A DNA stretch of 64,000 nt, taken from a virus. The notes below the pieces were generated by a model that was not told where the DNA came from, did not search any database, and saw only the letters and a program-made list of their open reading frames with translations. The DNA lies in IMG/VR virus record IMGVR_UViG_3300045988_156465. The stretch is one strand, 5' to 3'. A program made the translations under genes and the position numbers. Numbering within the stretch: the stretch's first letter is position 1; the number at the start of each line of letters is the position of its first letter. Shown here in pieces: positions 8,366 through 16,871 of the stretch.

Positions 8366-8746
8366 TTACTCTTTTCCGATAGAATCAACAAGTTTTTCCA
8401 AAACTTCCCAATCTGATTCATTCAGCTTAGCCAGTGCAGACACGAGCCTGCGCTTGAAACTATCTTTTCCGTTTCTTTGGATTTCGCCAAGCATTTCAGA
8501 AATCTGCTCATCTTTAGATTTAACAAACATTTCGTCAATCCCATCTCTGAGCCAATCCTCGTTTACAAACTTTCCGTTCCAAGATTCCAAACAAATTATT
8601 TTGAAAATCTTATCCGTTACCGGTCTATCCCCTTTTTCGATTTGGGATAAATAGGTCTGCGCTACTCCTATCTTCTTCCCAAAATCGCTTTGATTCATTT
8701 CAAGGAATAGCCTTAATTTTTTCACGCGCTCATTTACACCATTCAA
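8366..8746 (-). CDS. XRE-family repressor-like protein
   Basis: TTG start at 8746 follows AAAGGAGGTG. VKKLRLFLEMNQSDFGKKIGVAQTYLSQIEKGDRPV is an HTH_XRE pattern. Confidence 0.65.
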   Translation of the reverse strand: MNGVNERVKKLRLFLEMNQSDFGKKIGVAQTYLSQIEKGDRPVTDKIFKIICLESWNGKFVNEDWLRDGIDEMFVKSKDEQISEMLGEIQRNGKDSFKRRLVSALAKLNESDWEVLEKLVDSIGKE

Positions 8747-8869
8747 TGTAGACACCTCCTTTCTTGTAATATAATAACACAAGAATATTGCAAATGCAAT
8801 AAATTTTTCTTGACTTTATAACGCATTTGCGCTACTATGATATTGCAAACGAAATAAGGAGGTGAGGAG

Positions 8870-8953
8870 ATGAAAAAAGTATTTTACTTTTCTTTGGTTG
8901 CATTAGCAGTTTCTATTGTAGCCTTCATTATTTCAATATCAAGGGTAATATGA
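8870..8953 (+). CDS. 27-aa hydrophobic peptide
   Basis: AAGGAGGTGAGGAG then ATG. MKKVFYFSLVALAVSIVAFIISISRVI. Divergent from the repressor at 8366..8746. Confidence 0.4.
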   Translation: MKKVFYFSLVALAVSIVAFIISISRVI

Positions 8954-9251
8954 TGGCTGCGATACTAATTGTGATGGAAACAATGGATGTTATGACAGAA
9001 ATGTTGGAATATTTTCTGGACGATTCCGCCGTTTCCTTCGCTAATTTGGATTGTTCGATGGCTGCATCAGCTTGAATTTTTGAACTGTCCGCGACTGCTT
9101 TGGCAGATTCAGCTTGAGATTTTGCAGAATCAGCAAGATTGCGGAGTTCATGAGATGTTTTCTCAAGAAAAGCCGTCTGGTGTTCCATCATTTCAAGAGG
9201 GCTTTTACCTTCTTCATAATCTGGGGACATGGCATCTAAGTTGCTATGCAT
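8928..9251 (-). CDS. Tail-anchored coiled-coil membrane protein
   Basis: A/S/K/E-rich helical region with a C-terminal TM segment ISVITSIVSITISIAAIILPLILK. Confidence 0.5.
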   Translation of the reverse strand: MHSNLDAMSPDYEEGKSPLEMMEHQTAFLEKTSHELRNLADSAKSQAESAKAVADSSKIQADAAIEQSKLAKETAESSRKYSNISVITSIVSITISIAAIILPLILK

Positions 9252-9340
9252 ATTTTATTGATTCTATCGTAATCATGAAACATTTTGAAAATCTCCTTTT
9301 TAAAGGGATTATACCACAAAACAGGGAAGGAGGTGAAACG

Positions 9341-9535
9341 ATGGAAGAAAGAAAATTCGGGAAAACCATAGTGGATTTTACTTCTAAAGGCTCTATTCAG
9401 TGTATTGCTATAGCGCATACAGAAAAAGATAGAAACGACTTACTGAAAAGAGCCTACAGGGTAATATTCACGCCAAATACGGAAGGAATCAACTGTTGGG
9501 TTCTGTTTCGGGAAAAATCGGAGGTCGGTCTTTAG
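9341..9535 (+). CDS. Hypothetical small protein
   Basis: ATG at 9341 follows GGAAGGAGGTG. 64 aa. Confidence 0.45.
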   Translation: MEERKFGKTIVDFTSKGSIQCIAIAHTEKDRNDLLKRAYRVIFTPNTEGINCWVLFREKSEVGL

Positions 9536-9680
9536 ACCACTCTAAATGAATCCATCGATAGTCCGGCGGAAATCCTTCTGAAATACCGATAAATCGCCAA
9601 CCGCATTTTTCATAATCTGAAATGATTTGGTTTATCTGGGATTCCGAAAGGTTATCACATTTGATGATTCGTTTTTCCAT
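9489..9680 (-). CDS. Hypothetical small protein
   Basis: AAGGAGGTG SD. 63 aa. Its 3' end overlaps 9341..9535 by 47 nt. Confidence 0.5.
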   Translation of the reverse strand: MEKRIIKCDNLSESQINQIISDYEKCGWRFIGISEGFPPDYRWIHLEWSKDRPPIFPETEPNS

Positions 9681-9736
9681 AAATTCACCTCCTTATTATT
9701 TGATAAGGAAATTATAACACAGAAAGGAATGGTGCA

Positions 9737-10546
9737 ATGCACGATTTGGTTCATATCCAAAATACTGATATTTCGGTAAAGGAATATCGAGGGCAAAGAG
9801 TTGTAACATTGAAAGATGTTGATATGGTCCATGAAAGACCTGAGGGAACGGCGAGAAGAAATTTTAATTCTAACAGAAATAGATTTATTGATGGAGAAGA
9901 TTATTTCGTTGTTAGTGCGGACGAAATTCGTACAAGCCGCATGTTTCCTATATCTGACAATGATTTTACAAACAAAATTCTTCTAACAGAACAGGGATAT
10001 TTGATGTTAGTCAAGTCATTTACGGACGATTTGGCATGGACGGTTCAGAGACAGCTTGTGAACGGATATTTTAAGACAAGGCGGCTTGTCAATGAGGAAT
10101 TATCGCCGGAAACACAGCTTATCTTAAAACTGGCTCAAAGCATCGCCAATAAAGAGTTGGAAGATAAAGAGCGAGACAGGCAGATTGCACTTGCGAATGA
10201 AACAGCGAAAAAGGCGGTTGAAACTACAGAAACAATTAAGGAAGCTGTTAAACCTGTACTGGATAATTGGCGGATTGAGATTAACAGAAAAATTAAACGT
10301 GTTCAGTTTAGTTCCAAAATTGATTTTCAAACATTGAATACCCAACTGTATTCAGAATTGGAACAAAGAGCCGGATGCGACTTAGGCACAAGGCTTAGAA
10401 ACATGAAGCAGAGGATGGGAAATTCTGGTGCGACCAAAACCGCAATCAATAGTATCAGAAAAATTGATGTGATTGAGGGAGACAAGAAACTTCGGGAGAT
10501 TTTTTCAAAAATTGTCTCCGAGTACGAAATTAAATATTGCGCATAG
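9737..10546 (+). CDS. ORF6N-domain antirepressor-like protein
   Basis: IQNTDISVKEYRGQRVVTLKDVDMVHERPEGTARRNFNSNRNRFIDGEDYFVV. Paralogue of 6927..7598. Confidence 0.65.
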   Translation: MHDLVHIQNTDISVKEYRGQRVVTLKDVDMVHERPEGTARRNFNSNRNRFIDGEDYFVVSADEIRTSRMFPISDNDFTNKILLTEQGYLMLVKSFTDDLAWTVQRQLVNGYFKTRRLVNEELSPETQLILKLAQSIANKELEDKERDRQIALANETAKKAVETTETIKEAVKPVLDNWRIEINRKIKRVQFSSKIDFQTLNTQLYSELEQRAGCDLGTRLRNMKQRMGNSGATKTAINSIRKIDVIEGDKKLREIFSKIVSEYEIKYCA

Positions 10547-10561
10547 AAGGGAGAAAGAAAG

Positions 10562-10780
10562 ATGAACATTGATAAATTAAATGAATTTGATGTTTCAATA
10601 GGATTTCGGTTTGCAGAAGCTCATGAGCAAACAGCGGAATGTAGCGATGGTGGAACCGCAAGTGTTATCACGCTGCACTTTGGAAACGATTTTCATGTTG
10701 CTGCGGTTGTAGATTTTATTGACGGAGAACCTCATATTATCGAGCTTTATGCGGTTGACGATAATGGGAAGAAAATTTAA
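10562..10780 (+). CDS. Hypothetical protein
   Basis: 72-aa ORF with SD GGGAGAAAG. Confidence 0.45.
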   Translation: MNIDKLNEFDVSIGFRFAEAHEQTAECSDGGTASVITLHFGNDFHVAAVVDFIDGEPHIIELYAVDDNGKKI

Positions 10781-10797
10781 GGAAGGAGGTGCAGGAA

Positions 10798-10938
10798 ATG
10801 AGCGAAAAGGAAAAACAGGTAGTAGAAAAGCTGAAAGAAGCAATTCCGCAGATGTCCGATTTTGACAAGGGTTATATCCTCGGAAAAGTTGAGAGCATGG
10901 CAGAGCGGAAAAAAGAAGATGCGGAGGAAAAGGAATGA
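10798..10938 (+). CDS. 46-aa acidic/helical small protein
   Basis: GGAAGGAGGTG SD. MSEKEKQVVEKLKEAIPQMSDFDKGYILGKVESMAERKKEDAEEKE. Confidence 0.45.
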   Translation: MSEKEKQVVEKLKEAIPQMSDFDKGYILGKVESMAERKKEDAEEKE

Positions 10939-11084
10939 TTGTAATAAAAATCATTTTAATTGTATTGCAATTTTCGCTTTTTGCAATGTGTATATTAAGT
11001 TGCATTGAAAACGAAAGCAAAGAATTGGGATTTTGGACTGTTTTATGGCTTATTTGCACAATTCTGAAATATGCAGTCTGTTAG
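10935..11084 (+). CDS. 49-aa membrane peptide
   Basis: ATGA start/stop overlap with the previous ORF; two hydrophobic segments. Confidence 0.4.
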   Translation: MIVIKIILIVLQFSLFAMCILSCIENESKELGFWTVLWLICTILKYAVC

Positions 11085-11097
11085 CGAGGTGTTGAAG

Positions 11098-11193
11098 ATG
11101 TATGTAAATCCATTTGTAGCAGGCGTTTTCGTGACAATCGCATCGGAGATGGTTCTGATTTTCCTGTATGCCATTTTTAACCAGAAGAAATAA
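11098..11193 (+). CDS. 31-aa membrane peptide
   Basis: GAGGTG SD. MYVNPFVAGVFVTIASEMVLIFLYAIFNQKK. Confidence 0.3.
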   Translation: MYVNPFVAGVFVTIASEMVLIFLYAIFNQKK

Positions 11194-11211
11194 GAAGGGC
11201 AGGGATAGGAA

Positions 11212-11421
11212 ATGTCAATCGGGTTGCCGCGCAGAACGCCAACAAATAAAAGAGTAGTAGCCTGCAATATCTGCGGTAAGGTTTGGAACATTGCCGCAAC
11301 GCAGGATACCCAAAAGGGCTATTATTGCCCGGAGTGTAGCAAAGGTAGGGGTGCAAAACATGAAAATAGAACAAATCAGAGAAACAGCGCAAAAGAAACT
11401 GTTTGTAGGCAAGAAGGTTAA
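11212..11421 (+). CDS. Zinc-ribbon small protein (3' end uncertain)
   Basis: CNICGKVW...YYCPECSKG. Overlaps the next ORF by 62 nt. Confidence 0.35.
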   Translation: MSIGLPRRTPTNKRVVACNICGKVWNIAATQDTQKGYYCPECSKGRGAKHENRTNQRNSAKETVCRQEG

Positions 11422-11596
11422 GGTGCTTGAGTTCGGCAAGGATAGGCATGGAGCGAACGTCCTGCGAAAAAGAAGAACAGGAACGGTAACAGGTCTTTAT
11501 CCACATATTTTTACTGCGATTTTTAATGGAGGATACACAGAGAGTTTCCGCTACAGTCAGTTCTTTGAAAGTGATGGGGAAGTGGTGAGGCTATGA
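11360..11596 (+). CDS. Veg-like small protein
   Basis: VGKKVKVLEFGKDRHGANVLRKRRTGTVTGLYPHIFTAIFNGGYTESFRYSQF resembles the Veg family layout. Confidence 0.45.
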   Translation: MKIEQIRETAQKKLFVGKKVKVLEFGKDRHGANVLRKRRTGTVTGLYPHIFTAIFNGGYTESFRYSQFFESDGEVVRL

Positions 11597-11796
11597 GAAA
11601 TTGGAAACGGACTGCGTTTTACATCCGCCGTGGTCTGCTGCGGTGGGCAGCTATGTTTCTGGGAACGCTTCTTTCTCTTTGTGTCATGGTGTTTGTTCTG
11701 GAAAATGCTGACGGGCGAATGATGTTTTATCTCGCGAGCAGCGTCATGATTGCAATCGCAATCGGCAGTTTGTTCTACGGAGGGCAGGAAAAATGA
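11593..11796 (+). CDS. Small 2-TM membrane protein; paralogue of 36582..36791
   Basis: MRNWKRTAFYIRRGLLRWAAMFLGTLL... versus MRNWKRTFFYIRRGLLRWAVVFFGTLL... ATGA overlap with the upstream gene in both copies. Confidence 0.55.
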   Translation: MRNWKRTAFYIRRGLLRWAAMFLGTLLSLCVMVFVLENADGRMMFYLASSVMIAIAIGSLFYGGQEK

Positions 11797-12215
11797 AAAA
11801 TCCTGTATGCAATTTTAACTGTTTTGAATGTCCGCACCCAGATTGCATCTGTGATGATTTTTCGCGAAAGGAGTATGTGACGGACGCTGAAATCAACAGA
11901 ATTGCAGGTATGACGAGAAGCAAAACAGGCTTGAGAAAAAAAGAATACCTCAGAAAGTATTATTCAGAACGCAAAGAATATGCCAAAGCATACCAGAAAA
12001 GCTATTACGAGAAAAACAAAGAGAGGATTCGCGAAAAGGCTAGGGAGCGTTACCGAAAGAACAGAGACAGATACATAGCAAGCGTGCGAGCCTATCGGGA
12101 GAGCAATAAGGAGAAGGTCGATGCCTACAAGAAAGAATACTCAAAAAAATATAAAAGACGAAAAAGGGAGGAAAGAGAGAATGAAAAACGGCAGAGAATT
12201 GACACCAGAGAATGA
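11793..12215 (+). CDS. Cys-cluster N-terminus with a basic K/R/E/Y-repeat protein
   Basis: CNFNCFECPHPDCIC, then repeated (K/R)EY..KxYYExNKE-type units. Confidence 0.5.
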   Translation: MKNPVCNFNCFECPHPDCICDDFSRKEYVTDAEINRIAGMTRSKTGLRKKEYLRKYYSERKEYAKAYQKSYYEKNKERIREKARERYRKNRDRYIASVRAYRESNKEKVDAYKKEYSKKYKRRKREERENEKRQRIDTRE

Positions 12216-12366
12216 GTTGCAGGAGCTTTGGGAACTGAACGGCAGGGTTAAGGCGGTCATTTCGTATCTGAAAACAGATAAATTTGTGGATGCCGAACAA
12301 ATCTTGGCTATGCTTGCTGGAGGTGATGATGATGGCTTACCCATGCAGGACAGGGATAAAGACTGA
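12181..12366 (+). CDS. Hypothetical 61-aa protein (overlapping frame)
   Basis: ATG follows GGGAGGAAAGAGAGA; overlaps the end of 11793..12215. Confidence 0.3.
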   Translation: MKNGRELTPENELQELWELNGRVKAVISYLKTDKFVDAEQILAMLAGGDDDGLPMQDRDKD

Positions 12367-12508
12367 ATGTGACAGCTGCGGATACTGCGAAAAAGAGCAG
12401 GAAGAATGTCCGCACTGCCAAGAGACGCAATACGAATACTTTTATAGAAGGGATGACGGAGAAATCGTTGGCTGTAGCGAATGTATAGAAAGGATGTGGA
12501 GTGATTGA
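12332..12508 (+). CDS. Cys-rich YFY zinc-ribbon protein; related to 37026..37304
   Basis: CPHCQETQYEYFYRRDDGEIVGCSECI matches the C-x2-C...YFY...GC-x2-CI units of 37026..37304. Start chosen for its spacing after GGAGGTG. Confidence 0.5.
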   Translation: MAYPCRTGIKTECDSCGYCEKEQEECPHCQETQYEYFYRRDDGEIVGCSECIERMWSD

Positions 12509-14439
12509 CGGAAGTGTTATTGAAAAAAATCAGTCTTAAAAACTACATGGGGGCTGAAAATGTAGAGGTTGACTTTTCCGAGAAAACGGAAATCAGAGGT
12601 AAAAACCGTTGCGGCAAGTCTACACTAATGAACGCCTACTTTGATGTTATGACAGGGAAATTTGCGAATGGTGCCGCACCGAACAATATTTGCCCTGTGG
12701 ATGAGAACGGAGAAGAAAAGCCTGTCAAGGAAATAGAAAGAGCGGTTACTTTGGAAATCAACGGAATTGAACACGAAATCAGAAAAGTGACTAAAAGAAA
12801 GTATCGTAAGGGCGTTTTTATCGGAAATGAAACTGTTTATATTCTTGATGGCGTATCTGCGAAAGCAGCGGAAGTCAATGATTTCTTGTCTGGTATCGCA
12901 CCGCCAGAAACGATTGCAATGTGTTCCAATGCGTCTGTATTTTTGTCGACCTTGAAAAAATCGGCTGCGGATGCCAGAAAAGCCATTGAGAGCCTTTCTG
13001 GGTTCGATGTGGAGCGTTTTTGCAAGGAAAATGCAGAATACCAGAGCATTTACGAAATGACCGCAGGAAAGAAAACGGAGGACGTATTGAAGCAACTGAA
13101 AAAACGCCTTTCTGTCGAAAACGGAGAACTGGACAGGCTGAATGTTGAATTGGACTACGAGCAGCGCAGACTTGACAGGTCGGATGATTCTGATTTGCAG
13201 AAATTGGAATCCGAGAAAGCGGTTATTATCGGAAACATTGATAGTATGGAGAACCTGAAAGAAACACTGAATATTTCAATCGACAGATACACTTTCCTGC
13301 TTTCACATATCGAAAAACTCAAAGGCGAGTTATCCAAAATCGAAAAGGAGCAGACAAAAACGCAAAGGGAAAGAATCGGTGCTATCAATGAAGAATTGGC
13401 TGTTCTGGATAAGGAAATTTCAGAAAAATCAGCGGAGTTGACCAAAAGAAATACAAAATTGCAGGATAACAAAATCTTTCTTGCCTTAAAAGATAAGGAG
13501 TTGATGGATTTGGTAAAAGAACGCCTGCGGCTGAAAAATGCTGATTTTATCGCAAGTGGCGTGTGTCATGTTTGTGGGCAGCCTTTGCCAGAGGATAAAA
13601 CAGAGGAAGATAGAGAGCAATTTGAGAAAGAAAGCGAAGAAAATATCCGGCTTACAGAAAGTGCTATTTCCTCTGCGGAATCCGAGATTGAGGAAGTTGG
13701 AGAAAAACTCAGCCTTAATTCCAAGAAAATCGAAAAATTAACGGCGTTTATTTCCGATAAGAAGAAACGAGTAGAGGAAATTCCCTCTGAAAAAGAAAAA
13801 ATATTTTCCGATATGAAATTTTCTGGAACGGAGGAATACAAAAGGACTTCGGAAGAATTGGAAAAATCAGAAGCAGAAGCAGCAAGGCTTTTTGAATCGA
13901 CCGATTTATGGCGGCAGGTAACGGAACGAATCAGCAGCTACAAGGCTGACCTTTCACAGAAAGAATCTGAAATCAAAGCTATTATCAGAGATACCGAAAA
14001 TACAGAAAAACGAATTGATTCGTTGAAGGAATCCGTTAAGGAACAGGCGCAGAAAATAGCGGACGTTGAACGCCAGATTGATATGTTGCAGGATTTCAGC
14101 ATTGCTAAAAATGTAGCTCTGGAGGATATGGTAAACAGGAAATTTGAGTTTATCAAAATAAAAATGAGCGAAGAAACATTGAGCGGAGATATTAAGGAAA
14201 CTTTGAGAATCAATGTAAATGGCGTTGATTACTTTAATGGATTGAATCACGGAGACAGAATTCTTGCGGAAATTTTCTTGTTAAAAGGATTGCAGGACAT
14301 GAACGGAATCAAGCTGCCGATTTGGATTGACGATACAGAATCATTGGACGAAAACAGGATTCCAGATGTAAGCCGCCAGTTGATTGTTATTCGCAGGACA
14401 GATGATGAAACTTTGAAAGTATGCAATGGGGAGGAATAA
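12505..14439 (+). CDS. Rad50/SbcC-like SMC-type ATPase with a central zinc hook
   Basis: Walker A GKNRCGKST at the N-terminus; Walker B LPIWIDDTESLD at the C-terminus; long E/K-rich coiled coil with CHVCGQPLP near its midpoint. Confidence 0.75.
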   Translation: MTEVLLKKISLKNYMGAENVEVDFSEKTEIRGKNRCGKSTLMNAYFDVMTGKFANGAAPNNICPVDENGEEKPVKEIERAVTLEINGIEHEIRKVTKRKYRKGVFIGNETVYILDGVSAKAAEVNDFLSGIAPPETIAMCSNASVFLSTLKKSAADARKAIESLSGFDVERFCKENAEYQSIYEMTAGKKTEDVLKQLKKRLSVENGELDRLNVELDYEQRRLDRSDDSDLQKLESEKAVIIGNIDSMENLKETLNISIDRYTFLLSHIEKLKGELSKIEKEQTKTQRERIGAINEELAVLDKEISEKSAELTKRNTKLQDNKIFLALKDKELMDLVKERLRLKNADFIASGVCHVCGQPLPEDKTEEDREQFEKESEENIRLTESAISSAESEIEEVGEKLSLNSKKIEKLTAFISDKKKRVEEIPSEKEKIFSDMKFSGTEEYKRTSEELEKSEAEAARLFESTDLWRQVTERISSYKADLSQKESEIKAIIRDTENTEKRIDSLKESVKEQAQKIADVERQIDMLQDFSIAKNVALEDMVNRKFEFIKIKMSEETLSGDIKETLRINVNGVDYFNGLNHGDRILAEIFLLKGLQDMNGIKLPIWIDDTESLDENRIPDVSRQLIVIRRTDDETLKVCNGEE

Positions 14440-14441
14440 AA

Positions 14442-15191
14442 ATGGGAATGAAAGGATATAAAGGTTTTCGTAAAGGGCTTATTTGCAAAGGCAAGCAGTA
14501 CGCAGAGAACACGATTTTTGAAGAAAGCGAAGCTAATATTTGCGTGAATGGTATGCACTTCTGCAAAAATCCTATGGACGTACTTGACCATTATCCGCTG
14601 ATTGATGATAACGGCGAAATGTGCGAATTTGCGGAAGTAGAGGCATTGGACGAAACTCTTACAAATGACGAGAAGAAATATTGCACGAAGAAACTAAAAA
14701 TCGGTGCAAGGCTGTCTTTAGCAGAATTTATTAAGGCAAGTTTTGACGTAACCTATCAGCAGATTAAAGAAGAAGTTGATAATGTTTCAGAAAAAGAAAA
14801 TGTCGTAGATAACGCCACACTGGCAGGCGGAAACAGGGCCACACTTGCAGGCGGAGACGGGGCCACACTTGCAGGCGGAGACGGGGCTAAACTGGCAGGC
14901 GGAAACAGGGCCACACTTGCAGGCGGAGACTGGTCTAAACTGGCAGGCGGAGACTGGTCTAAACTGGCAGGCGGAGACGGGTCTAAACTGGCAGGCGGAA
15001 AACACACCATTATGATTTCCGAAAACGATAGCAAAGCTAAAGGCGGTATCGGAAGTTTGATTGTTATGGTGGAGCGAAACAATGAAGGAGAAATCGTCAA
15101 TTACAAAGCAATCCAGATTGATGGGGATACATATAAAGAGGACACATGGTATCAGTTGGAAGATGGAGAAATTAAGGAAGCGGAGGAATGA
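14442..15191 (+). CDS. Octapeptide-repeat (beta-solenoid-like) protein with a conserved N-terminal domain
   Basis: MGMKGYKGFRKGLICKGKQY...NGMHFCKNPMDVLDHYP, then eight xxLAGG(D/N)x units. Starts 3 nt after the ATPase stop. Confidence 0.65.
   Translation: MGMKGYKGFRKGLICKGKQYAENTIFEESEANICVNGMHFCKNPMDVLDHYPLIDDNGEMCEFAEVEALDETLTNDEKKYCTKKLKIGARLSLAEFIKASFDVTYQQIKEEVDNVSEKENVVDNATLAGGNRATLAGGDGATLAGGDGAKLAGGNRATLAGGDWSKLAGGDWSKLAGGDGSKLAGGKHTIMISENDSKAKGGIGSLIVMVERNNEGEIVNYKAIQIDGDTYKEDTWYQLEDGEIKEAEE
14820..15003 (+). repeat. In-frame 24-bp tandem repeat, about 7.5 units
   Basis: CT(G/T)GCAGGCGGA(A/G)AC(A/G/T)GG(G/T)C(C/T)A(C/A)A units read directly; they encode (A/S)(T/K)LAGG(D/N)(G/R/W). 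Confidence 0.9.
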
Positions 15192-15865
15192 GCATGAAAT
15201 ACAGAAAGAAACCCGTGGTAATTGAAGCGTTTAAATATGATGGAGATTTAAAAGGTGCAGATGGTAAATATTATGTCCCTGATTGGGCTGTAAATGCCTT
15301 TGAAAATGGCATCATGCACTACGATAGTGAGGATGGAGAAAAACCGCCTATTGAACTCTATATTGATACATTAGAGGGGACACACCATGTGAGTGTTGGG
15401 GACTATGTGATTCGCGGCGTGAAGGGAGAACTTTATCCCTGTAAACCAGATATTTTCGAGAAGACATATGAAGCATGTGAGGAGCGATGCAGAATGGCAG
15501 AAATGAAGGCGTTAGAGTTTTTGAGAGAATGGCATAGAATGTGTCAAAAGTATCCGTTTTGTAGTGATTGCCCAATGGAAGATTCTTCATCTCGCAGTTG
15601 TATGCCTTGTAAGTGGGTTTTTAATGATATAGAAAAAGTGGTCGCCATCGTGAAGAAGTGGTCTGAGGAACATCCAAGAAAAACACTTTTGCAGGATTTC
15701 TTGGAGAAGTATCCGAAAGCCGAACTGGCATATAACAAATTTCCGGAAATTTGCCCTCATTCGTTGGGATATGCGACAAATAAAGAGTGCTTTTTAGATA
15801 CGGACGAACAATTTGTTTCAGAAGAATGCGAAGAATGTTGGAACAGACCGTTGGAGGAGGAATGA
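15188..15865 (+). CDS. Phage protein: N-terminal KKPVVIEAFKY-type domain fused to a Cys-rich WSEEHP...CWN domain
   Basis: 225-aa ORF. The C-terminal half is paralogous to 23121..23461. Confidence 0.55.
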   Translation: MSMKYRKKPVVIEAFKYDGDLKGADGKYYVPDWAVNAFENGIMHYDSEDGEKPPIELYIDTLEGTHHVSVGDYVIRGVKGELYPCKPDIFEKTYEACEERCRMAEMKALEFLREWHRMCQKYPFCSDCPMEDSSSRSCMPCKWVFNDIEKVVAIVKKWSEEHPRKTLLQDFLEKYPKAELAYNKFPEICPHSLGYATNKECFLDTDEQFVSEECEECWNRPLEEE

Positions 15866-15869
15866 AATA

Positions 15870-16868
15870 ATGGCTGAAAATACACAGGTGGCAGAAAAGA
15901 AGGAATTTACAACGGCATTAAGTCGGTGGAGCAACGAAATTACAGGATTGATTGCAAAAGACTATGAGGCTTGCGGCGTTATTTTTGATGAATATTCCAG
16001 AAAATGTGCTATGGAGGCGGTCGGCAGCATTTACAACCTCGTGAAGAACGATGGAAAAGCGAGCATGAACTCTCTCGATACAAGCAACTTGAGGGGCATC
16101 GTTGAAAACTGTGCAGGGCTGAAATTGAACCCTGCGGCATATCCGAGAGAATGTTATTTCCAACTTAGAAATGTAAAGCGTGGGAACGAGTGGGTAAAGG
16201 TTGTTGAAATGGGTATCGAGGGTGCAGGATATGATTCCCTTCTCTCTCATTACGGCAAGGATGTCGAACAAGTTTATCCATATTGGGTAGTCAAAGAAGG
16301 GGATACCTATATCCCACCCAAACATAAGGGATTGGAGCTGACACCGCCAGAATGGGAAGAAAACGGATTATCCGATAAAGCGGTTCGGGTGGTATATCCA
16401 GTCAAATTGACGGACGGCACAGTAACTTATCTGACAGCTGATAGGGCAAGCGTAAAGGTCAACCTTTTGGCTCATGTTAAGCAAAATATGATGAACGCTA
16501 CATTCGGCATTTGTGCCGATAGATACAAGGCAACGGATAAACAGAAAGAGGAAATCAAAGCCAAGAAGGATGAAATTCTGAACGCATTGAGAGCGTGCGC
16601 TACGGTTGATGATATGTTGGAGTGCGAGGTCGCAAAGCCATTTATCAGCGGCGCATGGTTGGATACACCAGAAAGCATGATTCAGCGAAAAATGTGCAAC
16701 AATGCAACAAGAAAGTATCCAAAAAATTATGACCAGATGGCAAGACAGGCACAAATCGAACTGGATGATGCATACCGCCAGACACAGGATGATGTTGTGG
16801 AAAGTGCAAATGCCGTTGATTTTGACGAGGAAACCATCATTGATGGGGAAATTTTGCAGGAGGGATGA
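15870..16868 (+). CDS. RecT-like single-strand annealing protein
   Basis: ATG at 15870. LKLNPAAYPRECYFQLRN...MGIEGAGYDSLLSHYGKDVEQVYPYWVVKEGDTY resembles the RecT core. Lies in the SSB/ATPase neighbourhood. Confidence 0.6.
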   Translation: MAENTQVAEKKEFTTALSRWSNEITGLIAKDYEACGVIFDEYSRKCAMEAVGSIYNLVKNDGKASMNSLDTSNLRGIVENCAGLKLNPAAYPRECYFQLRNVKRGNEWVKVVEMGIEGAGYDSLLSHYGKDVEQVYPYWVVKEGDTYIPPKHKGLELTPPEWEENGLSDKAVRVVYPVKLTDGTVTYLTADRASVKVNLLAHVKQNMMNATFGICADRYKATDKQKEEIKAKKDEILNALRACATVDDMLECEVAKPFISGAWLDTPESMIQRKMCNNATRKYPKNYDQMARQAQIELDDAYRQTQDDVVESANAVDFDEETIIDGEILQEG

Positions 16869-16871
16869 TTT

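Noticed and set aside
10595-11059. 154-aa minus-strand ORF
   Set aside because: It overlaps four plus-strand small ORFs that have strong SDs and coupled starts and stops, and it lacks an SD of its own.
14820-15003. CRISPR-like regular repeats
   Set aside because: The 24-bp units are directly adjacent with no spacers, are in frame, and encode an octapeptide repeat. No cas genes are present.
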